From positions 5,704,001-5,768,000 of the forward strand of contig OZ218952.1 of NCBI GenBank assembly GCA_965112735.1: a stretch of 64,000 bases of DNA, written 5' to 3'. Origin of the DNA: Phaeosaccion multiseriatum (Eukaryota > Protista > Ochrophyta, other classes). The translations under genes were made by a program, and so were the position numbers. Every line of letters begins with the position of its first letter. The stretch's first letter is position 1. Below the pieces are notes generated by a model. The model searched no databases, was not told the DNA's origin, and saw nothing but the letters and a program-made list of their open reading frames with translations. Shown piece after piece: positions 13,426 to 26,703 of the stretch.

Positions 13426-16400
13426 ATGGGAATCACAAACAGTCGAAAGGTGGTCGCTGTCGACAAGCGCGGTGCCCAGCTCAATAGGGAAAACTCGGTG
13501 TCCGTGTTTTCTTGTGGGGACAAGAGCTCACAGCCGGGCAGCAGCGCTACGCTGTGGAGAAAGGAAGGGTATCACACCGTCGATCATCGAGAAAGTCAGC
13601 TGCTACCGCAGGACGAAGAAGATGTGTCGGATCATATAGAATTGCTAATGGTGCTCGATAGTCCAGTCGGGCAGCGGCATTTGGGGGCCTACGCGAAGGA
13701 GATAAAGTCGCATTTGGTGCGTACGATGGATTGGGGCCCTTCTCTCCAGGAGACGTGCCGTGCCGCCTTGAACTACGATATGCTTCAGCAGCGTGGAGAA
13801 ACTAACACATTGCCCCCCTGTTCCATTCTCATCCTCCTGCCTTCTTACTTTCCAGGCGCTCTTCTTTTGGACAGATGTAGTGGACTTTCAGTCCATCCCA
13901 GCGATAGATTATAGGTAAGGAACGAAGGGTTCGCTTCCGCTGCTGTCCTCCTATGCCTCAAGCGCCGATTCCATGGAAGAGAACAAACATTCCACACTTG
14001 CACCATTGCCCCCTCCTCCCCACCTCTCCAGATACTCAAAGGCGAAGCAGATATTCGGCAAGTATCTGAAGCGGGGGGCAGTCCAGTCTCTTAGCTTTAT
14101 TAGTGCGGCCAAAGCAGAGGAGGTCGGGAGAGTGCTGGCGGCCAAGGAGAGCCGCACAAACATCGACAGGGACATCTTTTGCGAGCTGCAAAAGGAGTGT
14201 TTTCAAGAGCTCTTTGAGAACACATTCATGAAGTTTAAAGCGACGGAGGAGCGTTACAACGACTATCTAAACGACATGCACAGCATCTACAATGTCATCC
14301 ACACGGATGACTTTACCTACCTAGAGAAGCTCGGCGAGGGGGCTTTCGGACGAGTGGTTCATGTGATGAAGAAGAGCACAGGCCGGTAAGTGGAAGGGGC
14401 GAGCGGCTGAGAGATGATGTACCCACGCACCCTTCCTCACCTATTCCTCTCCTCCTCTTGCCGTGTTGTGCTGCAGACATTTCGCCATGAAGATTCAGGC
14501 CAAGGCCGGTCTCATGCACAACTTACGGGACGACCCCACCAAGCTGTACACCGAGAAGAACGTGTTTGCCGCGTGCAGGCACCCCTTCATCCTGGAGATG
14601 GCCTACGCCTTCCAGGTAGGGCAGGGTAGGGAAGGGTAGGTCAGGCGCGCGAGGGTCCTCACTACTCCGTATTAACGGTCCCTTCCTAGCCCCCGAAACC
14701 GTACTAACGTCTCTGTCCTTTTAATCTCCTGTTCCTTCCCCCCCTTCTCCACGCACACACGCACACAGACCCGGCTCCACGTGGTGTTGGTGCTGAACCT
14801 CGTTACTTCGGGCAACCTCCAGGACGCCATCAACGAGGCGGTAGACGGCCGCCTCGATGATGCACGGGTCCAGCTCTATACTGCAGAGATTGTTGTGGCG
14901 CTGCTACACTTGCACGACCTGGGGCTCATGTATCGAGACCTCAAGCCGAGGAACGTGATGATGTGCGAAGACGGGCACATCCAACTCGCGGATATGGGTG
15001 GGGTGGGCGATTTCAGGGGGGAGGTGTCCAAGACACACGCCACCAACCACTTGACTTTCAGAGGCAGGAGGAACAGCATTAGGCGGTCCTCTATCATGGG
15101 CACCAAAGGGTATATGGCGCCTGAGATGGCCAAAATGATGGGCATGCCACTGGACAAGCGAGTGGGTTACACGAAAGCCGTGGACTGGTGGAGCCTCGGT
15201 GTCACCGTATACAAAATGGCAACAGGTGGGATGGGTGGGTGGGTGGGTGGGTGGGTAGGTGGATAGGTGGGTAGGTGGATAGGTGGGTAGGTGGGTAGGT
15301 GGGTAGGTTGGTGGGTTGGTGTGTCGATGGGTACGTGGATGGGTGGGGAGGCGGGTTCCCCCCTGCCACAAACCACAAACCAACCACGCGACACTCGTTG
15401 CTTTGCGGAGGAGTCGCACTTACTCCCATCATAGACATGCATGCATACATACTTGCGTTCTTTCTTCCTCACTGCTCCTCACGCGACTCTCCTCCGCACC
15501 TCCACTCTCCAGGCAAGAGGCCATTCGACCCGGTGCCGGAGAAGAAGATGAGCGGCGCGCTGACCGGGCTAAATAACCCTCTTAAAAAGAAGATCTCGGA
15601 GTACGAGCGCCTCAAGGGAAGTGTGCCGTACCCGTCTTACCTTGCACCTGCCACGAAGAAGTTCATTAACGAATGCCTCGAGCACAACGAGACGCTACGC
15701 CTGGGCTCGGGACAAGACGGCAAGGCGAGGTTACTCGAGCATGTGTAAGTGAAATATGTATGTATGAGGGAGCCGAGGCTGCTCCATTGTTGAGTTGTTT
15801 GATTGCTCCGATTCATTCCAGAGAGTGTGCAGCCCTTCCGCCCCTCACCAGCAGGTAATGACATCCTCGTCTCTTGCTGCCTCATTTGCATTTGCCTTCC
15901 CTACCTTTCATCAGCTTCTTCGACGGAATCGCGTGGGACCAGGTGCGGGGTAAGCTAGTGACACCACCGTACGTCCCAGTGTCAAGGTAAGAAGGTCCCC
16001 TTGTCTTCAGGACTTCAGCTCCAGCGGTGCCGTTAACCCCCTTCCCTCTCGACCCTCTTCTTCTCCCATTCTAGACCGCTGAATGAGGTGGCGGTGTTCG
16101 AGGACTTCGACTCCATGCTGGACATCTTCCAAGAGGAGGTGAGTGAGTGAGTGAGTGAGTGTGTGTGTGTGTGTGCGTGTGTGTTTGTGTGTTTGTGTAT
16201 GTATGCATGTGCACGCGCGCGTGTCCGCGTGTGTGTCTGTGTGTGCGCTCGCGTGCCGTGCCTATGCCGTTCTTCCGCTCACTTTTGGTTCGCTTCGTCA
16301 CGTTGGTCAGGACCGTCGCAAGGGCAAGGACAAGAGCCAGGCACAGCAGGAGCTGACCCCCATGCAGCAGAGGCTGTTTCGGCACTGGCACTACGTGAAC

Positions 16401-16631
16401 CCAACTACACTGAAGGTGAGTCTCCCTCCCTCTCTCCGTGCTCGGCCTGCACGGCTAGAGCTAAACCAGTCTCTGAAGCTTGCAGCCTCACGTTACCGTT
16501 CCTACCAATCTACCCTCCTCCAGATGGAGATGGGCATCGCAAATGAGATGGAAGCCCTAGAGAGCAGCTACAAGCTGCAGCAGCTCACGGGCGGCCAAGT
16601 GGAGAAGCCAAAGTCCACCACTCTTCGGTAG
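13426..16631 (+). CDS. RGS-homology + AGC Ser/Thr kinase, G-protein-coupled receptor kinase (GRK)-like
   Basis: RGS-like segment (VLDSPVGQRHL..LLFWTDVVDF..AKQIFGKYLK..CFQELFENTFMKFK), then kinase motifs LGEGAFGRV, FAMK, YRDLKPRN, LADMG, GTKGYMAPE, VDWWSLGV and an AGC tail FFDGIAW..PPYVP. Confidence 0.85.
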
Positions 16632-17158
16632 GTCAAGTCAATCTTCCTTGTGTGGGCTAGCTAGCGCAACCGTGTCCCACTCCTCTCGTCCTGACCGTCC
16701 TCCCTCTGTCTCTGTCTCTCCCGACGTACACTCAGGACAAATTTCCGCTCTCTCTCTCGGGCGTTCACGGGGGGAGGAGGCGAGCCCAGTCTACTGGACA
16801 CGCACATGCCACACACGAGCTTCGGGAGAGCGACCAGCGGTAGCAGGATCACTAGCTAACGTCGCGGTGCCCTCGACGAACGAGGGAAGACCCTCGAGCG
16901 CTGGAGAAGATGACTCAATGATGGGAGGAGGGATGGGGGTTTGTTTGCGGCTATTCATGTGTAGATGCATCACTGTCCGGTGAAGCGGGACAGCAGCAGA
17001 GCAGCAAGGCGACCACTAGGATGCACGTATGTATAGAATAGCTAGTACAGAAGCAATTCAGAGTGTTTTCTTATAAAAGTCACACACACGTTACCAAAAG
17101 GGGCCTGTGGGGTCTTACGATGTTTTTTGTTATTATTGTCTGAAAGAATAAAAAAGAA

Positions 17159-18934
17159 CTACTTCTTCTTCTTTTTCTTGCCGCCGCCTCCCTTTTTCTT
17201 CCCTCCCCCGTTATCCTTGCGATGTAGCTGCTCGAAGAGCGGGGTGGGCAGAGTGGCGTCTACCAGAAACTGCTTAATTTGCGCGTTTTCAGGCGCCAGG
17301 GCAGGCAGCATGATGTGCGCCCCTGCCTCTCCGATGCGGTTGTAGAGTAAGTCGATGTGCGTGAGTCTGCGGTGTCGAGAAGAAAGGTGGTTTGGTGGGT
17401 TGGTTGGGTGCGAGGAAAGAAGGGGGAGTTGGTTGGTTGGTTGGTTGGTGACAGCGTTGGGTGGGGCGAGTGGATAGGAAGACAGTGCCACAAGCCACAG
17501 GTGTGGGAGTGGGATTGAAAGAGCACTCACGTTGGACAAGACATGATGGCGTTTCGGAAAACCTCAAGCGCCTCCAGGTCTTGCACGGAGCTGCAGACGC
17601 CATTGTCCGCGAGAGAGAGGTAGGTGACGGAGCGATTCCGAGCAAGGCCGGGCGAAAGCGTTTTGAGACCCTCCGCCTGCAGGCGATTGCCCTGTACAAT
17701 ACAATACGGCGGCACAGAAGGGATCAGTGAGGCATCGGGGTGATAGTTATGGCCAAGTCCTCGCTACCCATTCCTTGCCCTCTGGTGTACCTGCAGATTG
17801 AGGACCGTCAGTGCGAGTTTGCTATAGCTCAGCAGCTCCCCCAGAGCCGGACCGCTGGCGGCATCCACCCCGCAGTAGGGCACGTGCAGCTGCTTCAGAG
17901 TACTGTTCGTGCGCAGGCCGCAACATAGTGCGGCGACCCCCTCACTCCCCAGCCCCAAGTTGTTGTCCATCTTGAGGGTCAGGAGAGACTGGTTACAGCC
18001 TGTGCTCAGGGCGCTCCCCAAGGCTCGAGCCCTACCAACACATATACACACACATACACACAAATACACACATTAAAGATGGGGATTTTAGCGCTCGTGT
18101 CTCAACAGATATAGGCCGTCACACCACACTACACTGCTGGTACATGATGTGGACGCTGAAAGGGCCGACGTGGGCTCCTTCCTACCAATGCAAATACACA
18201 CAGAAGATGCGCTTCATGATCGTACCCCATCCACAAAGAGGCTACCACATCAGCACCATACATGATGTGGACGCTAAAAAAGGGACGGACGAAAGCCCAT
18301 TCTGCCCGTACTGCAGCCCGTCTTACCCAATTTCCCCCACGTTGACATCAAAGAGCTCGAGGTACTCTAACTTGACCTCTGCGCCTCCGAGGCGCAACAC
18401 CTCGGCTATACTCCTCACACCCTCATCCCCACAGTTCGTTCTCCATAATCGAAGAACCTTTTGTGTCGCAAAGGAAGGAAGGGGGGTGACACAGCAAGGT
18501 CAGCATGTTACTATCGTAGGATAGGGACCGACGGCCTGCCATCACACGACACGGACGGACCTTGAGTAGCTTGTATGGCCCTCCCCGCATATCTGGGTCC
18601 GATCCTAGTATAGCCGTGGTGAGAGCTCTTGTCCCTCCAGGGCCGAGCGGTCCTGCTTCATCGTCCACTACAATCTGGACACACACACGCAAAGAGAGGC
18701 GAGCCGAGACTGGGAGTAAAGAGACGGCCATAAATTCTTGTCCCAACGAGGAGAGCGAGAACCGACCTGCGTCAAAGGGTAGTTCTCGTCATCCTGCAGC
18801 TGCGAGACCACCTTGGAATTAGCTGGAATCGAAATGAGCTTACTAAAGCGCTGGTAATTACTCAGCAGCTGAAGGGGGTCCTCTCCCGTGACCTCTTCTC
18901 CAGCAGCTCCTCCGCCCTTCTTTTTGGGAGGCAT
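17159..18934 (-). CDS. RNI-like leucine-rich repeat protein (LRRC73-like)
   Basis: MPPKKKGGG start; repeats LEYLELFDVNVG, LLTLKMDNNLGLGSEG, LTVLNLQGNRL, VTYLSLADNGV, LTHIDLLYNRIG; Lys-rich C-terminus KKKGGGGKKKKKK*. Confidence 0.8.
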
Positions 18935-19207
18935 ACCAGACCCCCCCCCCTCCTCCTCCGCCTCACACCCTCCTTGCTCCTCTCGCGTCCTCTACTCAGC
19001 AGGTAAGCCACCTTCCTTTATTTAGTTCGAACTCGTCGAAGTAACTGTGGTTTCAGTTTCGTTTGGCGTGTGGGATGGCACTAGACGGTTGGATAGTCGC
19101 CCGCCAGTGACGGACTCCCTCCATATCTTTGATTGACGGTGTCTCTTCTTAGCCGCTACGCCGGAAGGGCGCTTCGCACGCTTTCTCTTTACCGCGAGAG
19201 GGTGGCC

Positions 19208-21929
19208 ATGTCCTACTACGGGCCAGCGAGCGGGAGCAGCGGGAGCGGCGGATATGGAGGCGGAGGAGGAGGGAGCTATGGTTACGGTGGTGGCGGCAAT
19301 GGCGGGAGCTGGAGAGGCAGATCAGGCGGGAGAGGTGGTCGGAGGCGCGGCGGAGGTGGCGGCGGCGGCAGTGGGGGGGGGGGGGGGAAGGGGGGAAGGC
19401 GTTCCGGAGGAGGGGTGCCGCAGTTTAGCAGCAAGGCTACGCTCAAGGCCATGCGGAGAGCGTGTCACGGCGGAAACGTGCAGGTGGCCTTCGAGGAGTG
19501 CAGCAAGCTCCTGCAGCACGGACATAGCCCAGACTCGCAGGTCATGGGCTTGATGCTAGCGGCCTTGACCAAAACGTCGAGGCTGTCTGACGCGGTGGCC
19601 TTGCTCGAGCTGCTCAACCAGCATCGGCCTGGTAAGGAAAAGCGACGATGTACGGCGATTGGCATGTGCCCAGGACCTAACCGTTCCCCCCTTCCCCTTG
19701 CTGCTTGTCCACGTCTCCGCCTGCAGAGGGGGTGATGACCGCCCCTATCCTCCAGAACTTGCTCTTCAGCCTGCCCATGCACGTGCACGACCAGGTGTGT
19801 GTGTGTGTGTGTACGTGCTCACGCCCTTGTTCTCTGGGAGTCATCCATCGCGGCACAGCTTGACCTCATCCACTTACAAGCTCCTTCTGTGTGGATGATG
19901 ATGATTGCCATGCTTGTCCCCTCCCTCAGGCGGAGACGGCGTTGGCGTACACAACCGCGGCCGTACAAGCCACCCACTTTGCAGACGGCCCCGAGGCCAA
20001 GCAGTACTTCCAACGCGTGGGGCAGGGAATGGTACTGGAGTACCTGGCGGAGGCGGGGGGCGCCTTTGAGCGAATCGCGTCCCAGGTGAGTGAGTGTGTC
20101 CCGCCCTGAGGACCGAGGAGGTGCTCTCTGTTGCAGAGCGGTTTATGCCCCGGCGGCTTTTACCTTTCACTGACTTATTGTCTTGCGCCTCCGGACTTTC
20201 GCCGCCCTCCCTCCCCCGTTAGACGGCCGAGTCGCTCATGAGGAGAGGGCTGTGCACGATGAATGTCACGGCTAGCCCGGGTAAGAAGAGCGGAGAAGTC
20301 GTCTTTCAGCTGGCCTACAATGCCTTGCGTGACGAGCACGGAGGGAGGGGCCTGGGGGCGGGAGACGCTGTGTGTGTGAAGCGACACACCATGCCGGGCA
20401 GCGAGCCCCCCCCCCTGGGTGAGATTGCCATTGAGGGAGATGTGGCGTCTGTGGCCGCGTCCATGCTAGTACTCAAGGGCCTGGAGAAGAAGGATGTTGA
20501 TGCCCTGTGCGCGCCGGGTAGTCGCTGGAGGGTGGACAAGATGGTGAGTCGTGGCTGTGGGTGGGGCTATTGTTGTATTGGATGGTGGTTTGTGTGTTAG
20601 TCGGCTCCTTTGCCTTTGGCCTCTCCGTCTGGCTGGCCCTGGGCTGGGCCGTATATGCTGGGGAGGGGCTCCGTTGGTTGTGTGGACGGAGGCCCTTTCT
20701 GGGATGATGTGTGGGTGATTTGTGGGTGAGCTGACTGTGTGTTGACTGTGTGTGCTGGTGTGGTCCACGGGGGGGCGATACTTTGCTTTGCTTTTGTGCT
20801 CGCTCAGGCCAATCGTGTGAGCTACAATCGAATGCTCAAGAGCCTGAGGCTCATCACGGCAGGCTCGGGGGCCGGCGAGAAGGGAGGTGGGGGTGGTGCA
20901 GGGGGCATGGGGGGCAATCAGCAGCGCAAAGCCAAGAACGAGACCCGTCCGGCCGACACCATTGTCCAGCTGCTCGTGGGCCTCACTCCCTCGCAAAACT
21001 CCTCCGCTGCGGCAGGGATGGGGGGGATGAATGCCATGGGAGGCTACGACGTGCTCGGACAAATAGTGGGAGCAGGAGCCGGAGTAGGCGCCGGACCAGG
21101 AGGAGCGGCTGGCGTCTCTGTACCCGAGCTTTGCGCGCAAAAGTGTGTCAATCCTCGCACTGGAAGAGAGCTCATGGGCCCTCCTAGCTCGGCGCCCCCC
21201 CTGCACGGACTCAACCGCAGCCAGGTGGAGGCGGTCATGGCGGCCACAACGAGGCGGTGCACCTTGGTGCAGGTGAGGGGGGGACGCGAGGAGAACGAGG
21301 GTGGAGGATGGAGTAGGGTGGGGTTTAGGGTATCGGGGTGGGGCCGTTGTCACTTGATTTGTCACTTGATGTCGCTTACTTCACTTGACTCGCTCCACTC
21401 CACTCACTTCACTTTGACTTGCCTTCTCTCTTGCGCCCCCCCCCCCCCCCCGCCGCCGCCGCCCCCTGACGCTACAGGGCCCCCCGGGCACAGGCAAGAC
21501 GCACACGGCACTGCGCATCCTCGACTGGTGGGCCAAGAGTCGGTAAGTTTGTGTGTGTGTGTGTGTGCGTAGTGTTTTGTGTGCCCCCAGAAAGGCAGAG
21601 GAGCGGAGACTCACAAATGGACTGAGTTCATCCCCCCCTTTGCCTTGAAACAGTGGCTACGGCGACGGCTCCATTGTTGCCACTTCCGACTCCAACATTG
21701 CCGTGGATAACTTGCTCGAGGGGTGCGTCAATGCGGGGCTCCGGGTCGTGAGGCTGGGCCGACCAGAAAAGGTGTGTATGTCGAGGAGGGAAAGAATCCA
21801 CGAACCTCCACCATCCTCGCGCAAAAGAGAGCTTCGAGGAAGAGACCCTACTGTATAGCCACCTTATTCCGTGCGTGCACTCCAACGCACTCACACGCAC
21901 TCACACGCATGCGCACACGCACACACACA

Positions 21930-21963
<34 letters not shown>

Positions 21964-24900
21964 GGTCCGGCCGGAGCTCCTGCGCTACTGCGTGGACATG
22001 CTGCAGCCGGGGGAGACGGAGATTAACTGGGGAAGGAAGATGAGCGCTGTCAAGAACGCACAGGTGAGTGGGTGGGTAGGTGGATAGGTGGTTGGGTGGA
22101 TGGATGGATGGGTGGGTAGGTGGGTGGTCAGGTGGGTGGATGGGTGGATGGGTGGATGGGTGGATGGGTGGATGCTCGGAAGGTGGCGGGAGAGACGGGA
22201 TGGCTGAAGAGCAGCTGTGAAGCGGCGCAGTGGTGACTGATGAGAACTGATGCAAATGTCTCATTCGCTCCCTCCGCTCGTGTGCACTCAGGTTGTTTGC
22301 TGCACGTGTGTAGGGATGGGCTCGGACCAGCTCGAGGGCATGCAATTCACGGCAGTGCTCATGGACGAAGCGAGTCAGGCCACTGAGGCAGCGGCGTTGG
22401 TGCCGCTGTGCCGCGGCTGCCAGCAGCTGGTGTTGGTGGGGGACCAGTGTCAGTTGCCGCCCACCATGTCCAGCCAGGCGGCGGAGCAGGCAGGGGCAGG
22501 GGAGCCGCTCTTTAATCGCCTCGTCAAGATGGGCGTGGAGCCGCTGCTGTTGGACACGCAGTACCGTATGCATCCCGCCATCTCGCAGGTAAGGCACAGG
22601 CGAGATGGGATGGCGGTGGAGGGAAGAGGGGGTGGGAGGGGAGGGGAGGGGAGGGGGAGGGGGAGGGGAGGGAGGGCAGTGAAGGGGAGAGAGAGAGAGA
22701 TGGAGAGGGGACCCCGCTCTGCCACTCGGGGTAGAGATGACACATGCTTTGCGCCCGTTCGTGGGATTTTTGCGACCACGCTCTCTATCTCACGCTGCCC
22801 CACGCTCTTACCACTCTTGTTGCACTGCTCTCCTCCTCAGTTCCCTGCAGACTTGTTCTACCGCGGCAAGCTCTCCGACGGCGTTCGAGCGGACCAACGC
22901 CTCGCCCCCGCGGGTTTCCCCTGGCCTCGGGCCGACTGGCCCGTGTGCTTTATCCCCGTACGGGAAGGGAGGGAGTCCACGGAGGGTGTGTCGAAGTACA
23001 ATGACTTGGAAGCAGCGGAAACCGCTCGAGTGGTGCAGGCCTTCCTCACTGCGGGTATGCCTCAGGTAAGCACGTTGGTAGTACGTTGTTGAGAAGGCCA
23101 TTGTGGGCTGTTCGTTTGTGGTCTCTCTCTCCCTCCTTTTCTCTCTCTCTCTCATCTCCCCCCCAACCCCACCCGCACTTAATCGATGGACTGTGCCTCA
23201 TGCTTCTCTCGGCCCTAACCGCCTCGCCTGCCTCCCTCCCTCTCTCCCTCCCCCTCCCCCTGCAGGCGCAGATCGGGGTGGTGACTCCGTACGCGGCGCA
23301 GGTGCGAAAGATCCGGCGCATGTTGGGCAACGCCGCTGTGGAGGTGGCGTCTGTGGACGGCTTCCAGGGCAGGGAGAAGGAGGTGAGGGGTGGTACGTGG
23401 GGTTGTTGTTTAGGGCTGTAGCTTGGGAGTATCGTATCTCCATTGTACCTCCCCACCTAATCTCGACTTTGTAGTGGAGTTGCGCCTCCCTCCGGCTCGG
23501 TGCTACGTGTTGCTGCTACTGACACTACTGCTCTGCTGATACTGGTGCTGACGACTCAACCTGACCTTGTCCTTCGCCTTCCCCTTCAGGTCATTGTCAT
23601 GTCCACCGTACGCTCCTCCGACCGGGGAGGGGTGGGCTTCCTCGCGGACTGGCGCCGAGTGAACGTTGCCTTCACCAGGCCCAAGCGCGGCCTTGTCGTG
23701 CTGGGCAACCCGGACACGCTCAGCAGGGAGAGGCAGACCTGGTGAGTCAGGGAGGGAGGGAGGTGGAGAATGTCACGTTTACATGTGCTTGGGTTGACCG
23801 CAGTGAGTGCTGACCTACTTTCTCTCTCTCTCTCTCTCGCAGGAGTCGCTGGCTGCATTGGGTATCCGCCCACGGAGTCAACTTACATGACCCGGTTCCC
23901 CGGGGTGTGTTGGACAGGTCAGTGTGCTTGTTTCTCTTGCCAGCCCCTCGTGCTCGTCGTTGCCTCTCGCACTGGTAGTGCGCCTTCTCCCTCACTCCGG
24001 CCATTGTCCTTCCCTACTCGGCATTGAACCCCCCAGAGATGTCCTCCGAGCTGCTGCTCCTTCCGCGATGGTCATGAGTGCCATGGGCACAAGCTTCGAG
24101 GGAGGAGGAGCAGGAGCAGGAGCAGGAGGAGGGGGAGGAGCAATGGGAGGAGCAATGGTAACGCCAGGGGTTAGTGCAGGAGCGTATCCAGAGCGCCCCC
24201 CCGGTCCCCCTCCCCCGCCGCCGCCCCCCCCCCCACCGCCGCAGCAGCAGAACGGGTACCCGAGCAGTAACGGCTTTGCAGGGGGCAGCCTTGGCGCGGC
24301 GCAAGGGTACCAGCAGGTGCAACATTTCTCACAAGTGCGTATCACTTCAACCAGTTCCGGGGGGGGGTCGGGCTCTCTGTCGGTGGCGGTGTCGGCAGCA
24401 GCAGCAGCGGCAAGAAGGTTTGTCGGGGAGGCACCCGAGTCGAATGGTGTCAGCAGCGGTGGCGCGCCCCCCCTTCCTGTGGAGAAGCGAGGGGCGGCGG
24501 AGAGTGAGGGGGGTGCAGCAGATGGAGGAGGGGGCGCGAAGGACAGGGGGAGGGAATCTGACGGCGGCGGGAGACGCGAGGAGAGAGGGAGGAGGAAGAC
24601 GGACGACAGAAGGGAGAGGAGACACCGAGACCGCAGCCCTAGCGTGAGGAAGGAGGCCGACACAGACCACAGAATGAGCCGGAGCCGATCGAGGGATCGA
24701 CCCACAGCAATGTCGAGATCACGCTCCCCTTCCGACTCGAGGAGCGTAAGCAGACATCGGGAAAAGCACAGGCACCACCGTCATAGACACGACCACGGCC
24801 ACTCTTCCTCCACTCGCAAGAAGTCGCACGAGGATCGCGAGGACCGCCATCGTCACCACCATCGGCATGGTAGTAGCAGGCACCACCACAGTCATAGCCA

Positions 24901-25045
24901 TAGAGAAGATCGGGACAGGGACCATAGCGAGGACAGTCGAGAGGAGAGGGGGCACAGGAAAAGGAGCAAGAAGAGCAGAAGCAGGAGCAGGGGCAGCAGT
25001 AGGGAGAGGGAGCACGAGAGGAGAGGAGACAGAGAGCGCAGGTAG
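19208..25045 (+). CDS. SF1 UPF1/DNA2/IGHMBP2-like helicase with RGG and PPR-like N-terminus and RS/His-rich C-terminus
   Basis: [67 protein letters not shown] and [12 protein letters not shown] across exons. The last exon ends in SR/HR-rich low complexity. Confidence 0.9.
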
Positions 25046-25778
25046 TGAGTAGGAGTGGTCAGGTGGGGTGGGGAGGTGCATGCAGCCTTGGGTATGAGGG
25101 ACTTTTCTCCCCTTGGTTTTTGCCGGCACGGACGAGCACCTTACTGTACTTGGGCACAGAAAGAGCCGAAGAATCGAATGATAAACTTTTCCTTTTTCTA
25201 CTCTTCTCGAGTGGGATAGGGTGGGCCCCAGGCACGCCAAACTGTCTTGGCTGGCTCTGGCCCGCCGGCCGCCCCGGGCCGCTCACCTTTCAGCCTCAGG
25301 TGTAAGCCAATGGGGCCGAACTCTCTATGCCCCTTACCCACCCCCTCGACCCCCCGAGCAATAGCTGGTGGCTGCGCAAGGGATGACACGCTGATTTGAG
25401 GGGAGTGAGCCGTGTGTGTGTGTGTGTGTGTGGCACTCTTAAAGCTTTATCACTATCCTGGTCGTTCCTGACGGGATTCTGAGGGAAAGGGGACTTCCGG
25501 ATGAAGAATCTAAATCATAAAATTAAAATAAAGCTTTCCGGACTGCTTCGGCGCCAGCCAGCCGGCCAGGCAGGTTCCAGGTTCTGGGGAAAAGCCATGT
25601 AATAAGGCAATGATGAGGCCAAGGCTGCTTCCTGCTTCTGGCCGGCGCCAGCCGGCCTGCTTCCTGCGTCTTCGAGCGTCTGGGCTGGCCTGTCTCAGAA
25701 GCATGTCAGGGGCCGAGACCAGAATTTCCAAAAAAAAGTATTGCTTCCATTTAGAAGACCTCTAAATTTGTCCAAGAA

Positions 25779-25851
25779 TTTCATATAGTGTAGTGGTTAT
25801 CATACCCGCTTTGGGTGCGGGAGGCCCCGAGTTCAAATCTTGGTATTCCCC
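25779..25851 (+). tRNA. tRNA-Pro(UGG) body with a defective 5' acceptor strand (pseudogene or atypical gene)
   Basis: D arm GTGTAGTGGTTATCAT; anticodon stem CCCGC/GCGGG with TGG at 25812-25814; T arm CCGAG-TTCAAAT-CTTGG; 3' acceptor TATTCCC. Upstream TTTCATA pairs at only 3 of 7 positions. T-runs follow downstream. Confidence 0.75.
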
Positions 25852-26179
25852 TGGGGAATAGTGGGACAAAACCCCACAGTTCCTCCTTTTTTCCTCTTTT
25901 TTTTTTTGGGGGGGCCCATTGTGGCTGCATGGAGTCGCCATCACCCCGCTTTCTTCTTTCTTCGTCTTTACCAACTCTTTTATCCCATGCACCACCTGCG
26001 ACTGATCATACATACAAACGGAGCGTCCCCCAAATGTCGACGATATTCCGTATTCCAACATGTGAACTCCACACACACACTGTGGAGTCTCTGTGGAGTC
26101 TCAAAGGTGGTTCACATGTTGGAATCCAGCTTTTTTGTAAACTGGCCCCTTCACACACACGCACACTTTTCAGTTTATT

Positions 26180-26345
26180 ATTTTTTTGGAAGGCGACGTT
26201 CGACTTGGCGATGGTGCAGATGCTGATGCGCAGTCTCTCTGCGGTGTACCGTATGAGCTCCTCAGTAGCGAAGCCCCGATCGACAGTCAGGACCATGATC
26301 TCCACCGCAGTCTCAAGGTCACTATTACGCCTGCCCTTTGATGCG
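26180..26345 (-). pseudogene. Possible DDE transposase remnant
   Basis: Translation IMVLTVDRGFATEELIRYTAERLRISICTIAKSN resembles the hhhDxGF..L...hGT..xN segment of IS4/piggyBac-type DDE domains. It is short and isolated. Confidence 0.3.
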
Positions 26346-26703
26346 ACTCGGCTGAGAACGATGGATGGCTGGCTGGGAGAGAGGATGACAAGAACGACGG
26401 CGCAGGAAGGACCACCTGGCAGTGAAGTGTGGGGGAGGGGGGCTTTGGGATGCTGGTCTCAAATCATCTTACAGAGAGGGCGGAAATGCAGCGAAGCAGA
26501 TCTGTACGTACGGGGGGGGAAGCGAGAAAAGTAGAGGCCACTCGCTCCAGCCAGCCAGCGCAGAGCCGAGAGGGGGGTGCGTGGGACGGAGCGAGGGCCG
26601 AGCGAGGAGGGTATCTGCCGGCAGGGTGGGGTAGTCTTTGAGGGACGAGGCGGGGAGGGCCTTCACTGAAGCAGCTCGTGGCTCAGCCAGGGTCGCCGAC
26701 TTG

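Noticed and set aside
18141-18291. ~30-bp direct repeat (tacatgatgtggacgct..aaaggg) in an LRR-gene intron
   Set aside because: Only two degenerate copies with no structure or element ends; probably a local duplication.
25609-25700. Box C/D snoRNA (ATGATGA box C)
   Set aside because: No downstream CTGA box D or terminal stem. No convincing snoRNA was seen in the RPL23 or RPL13 introns either.
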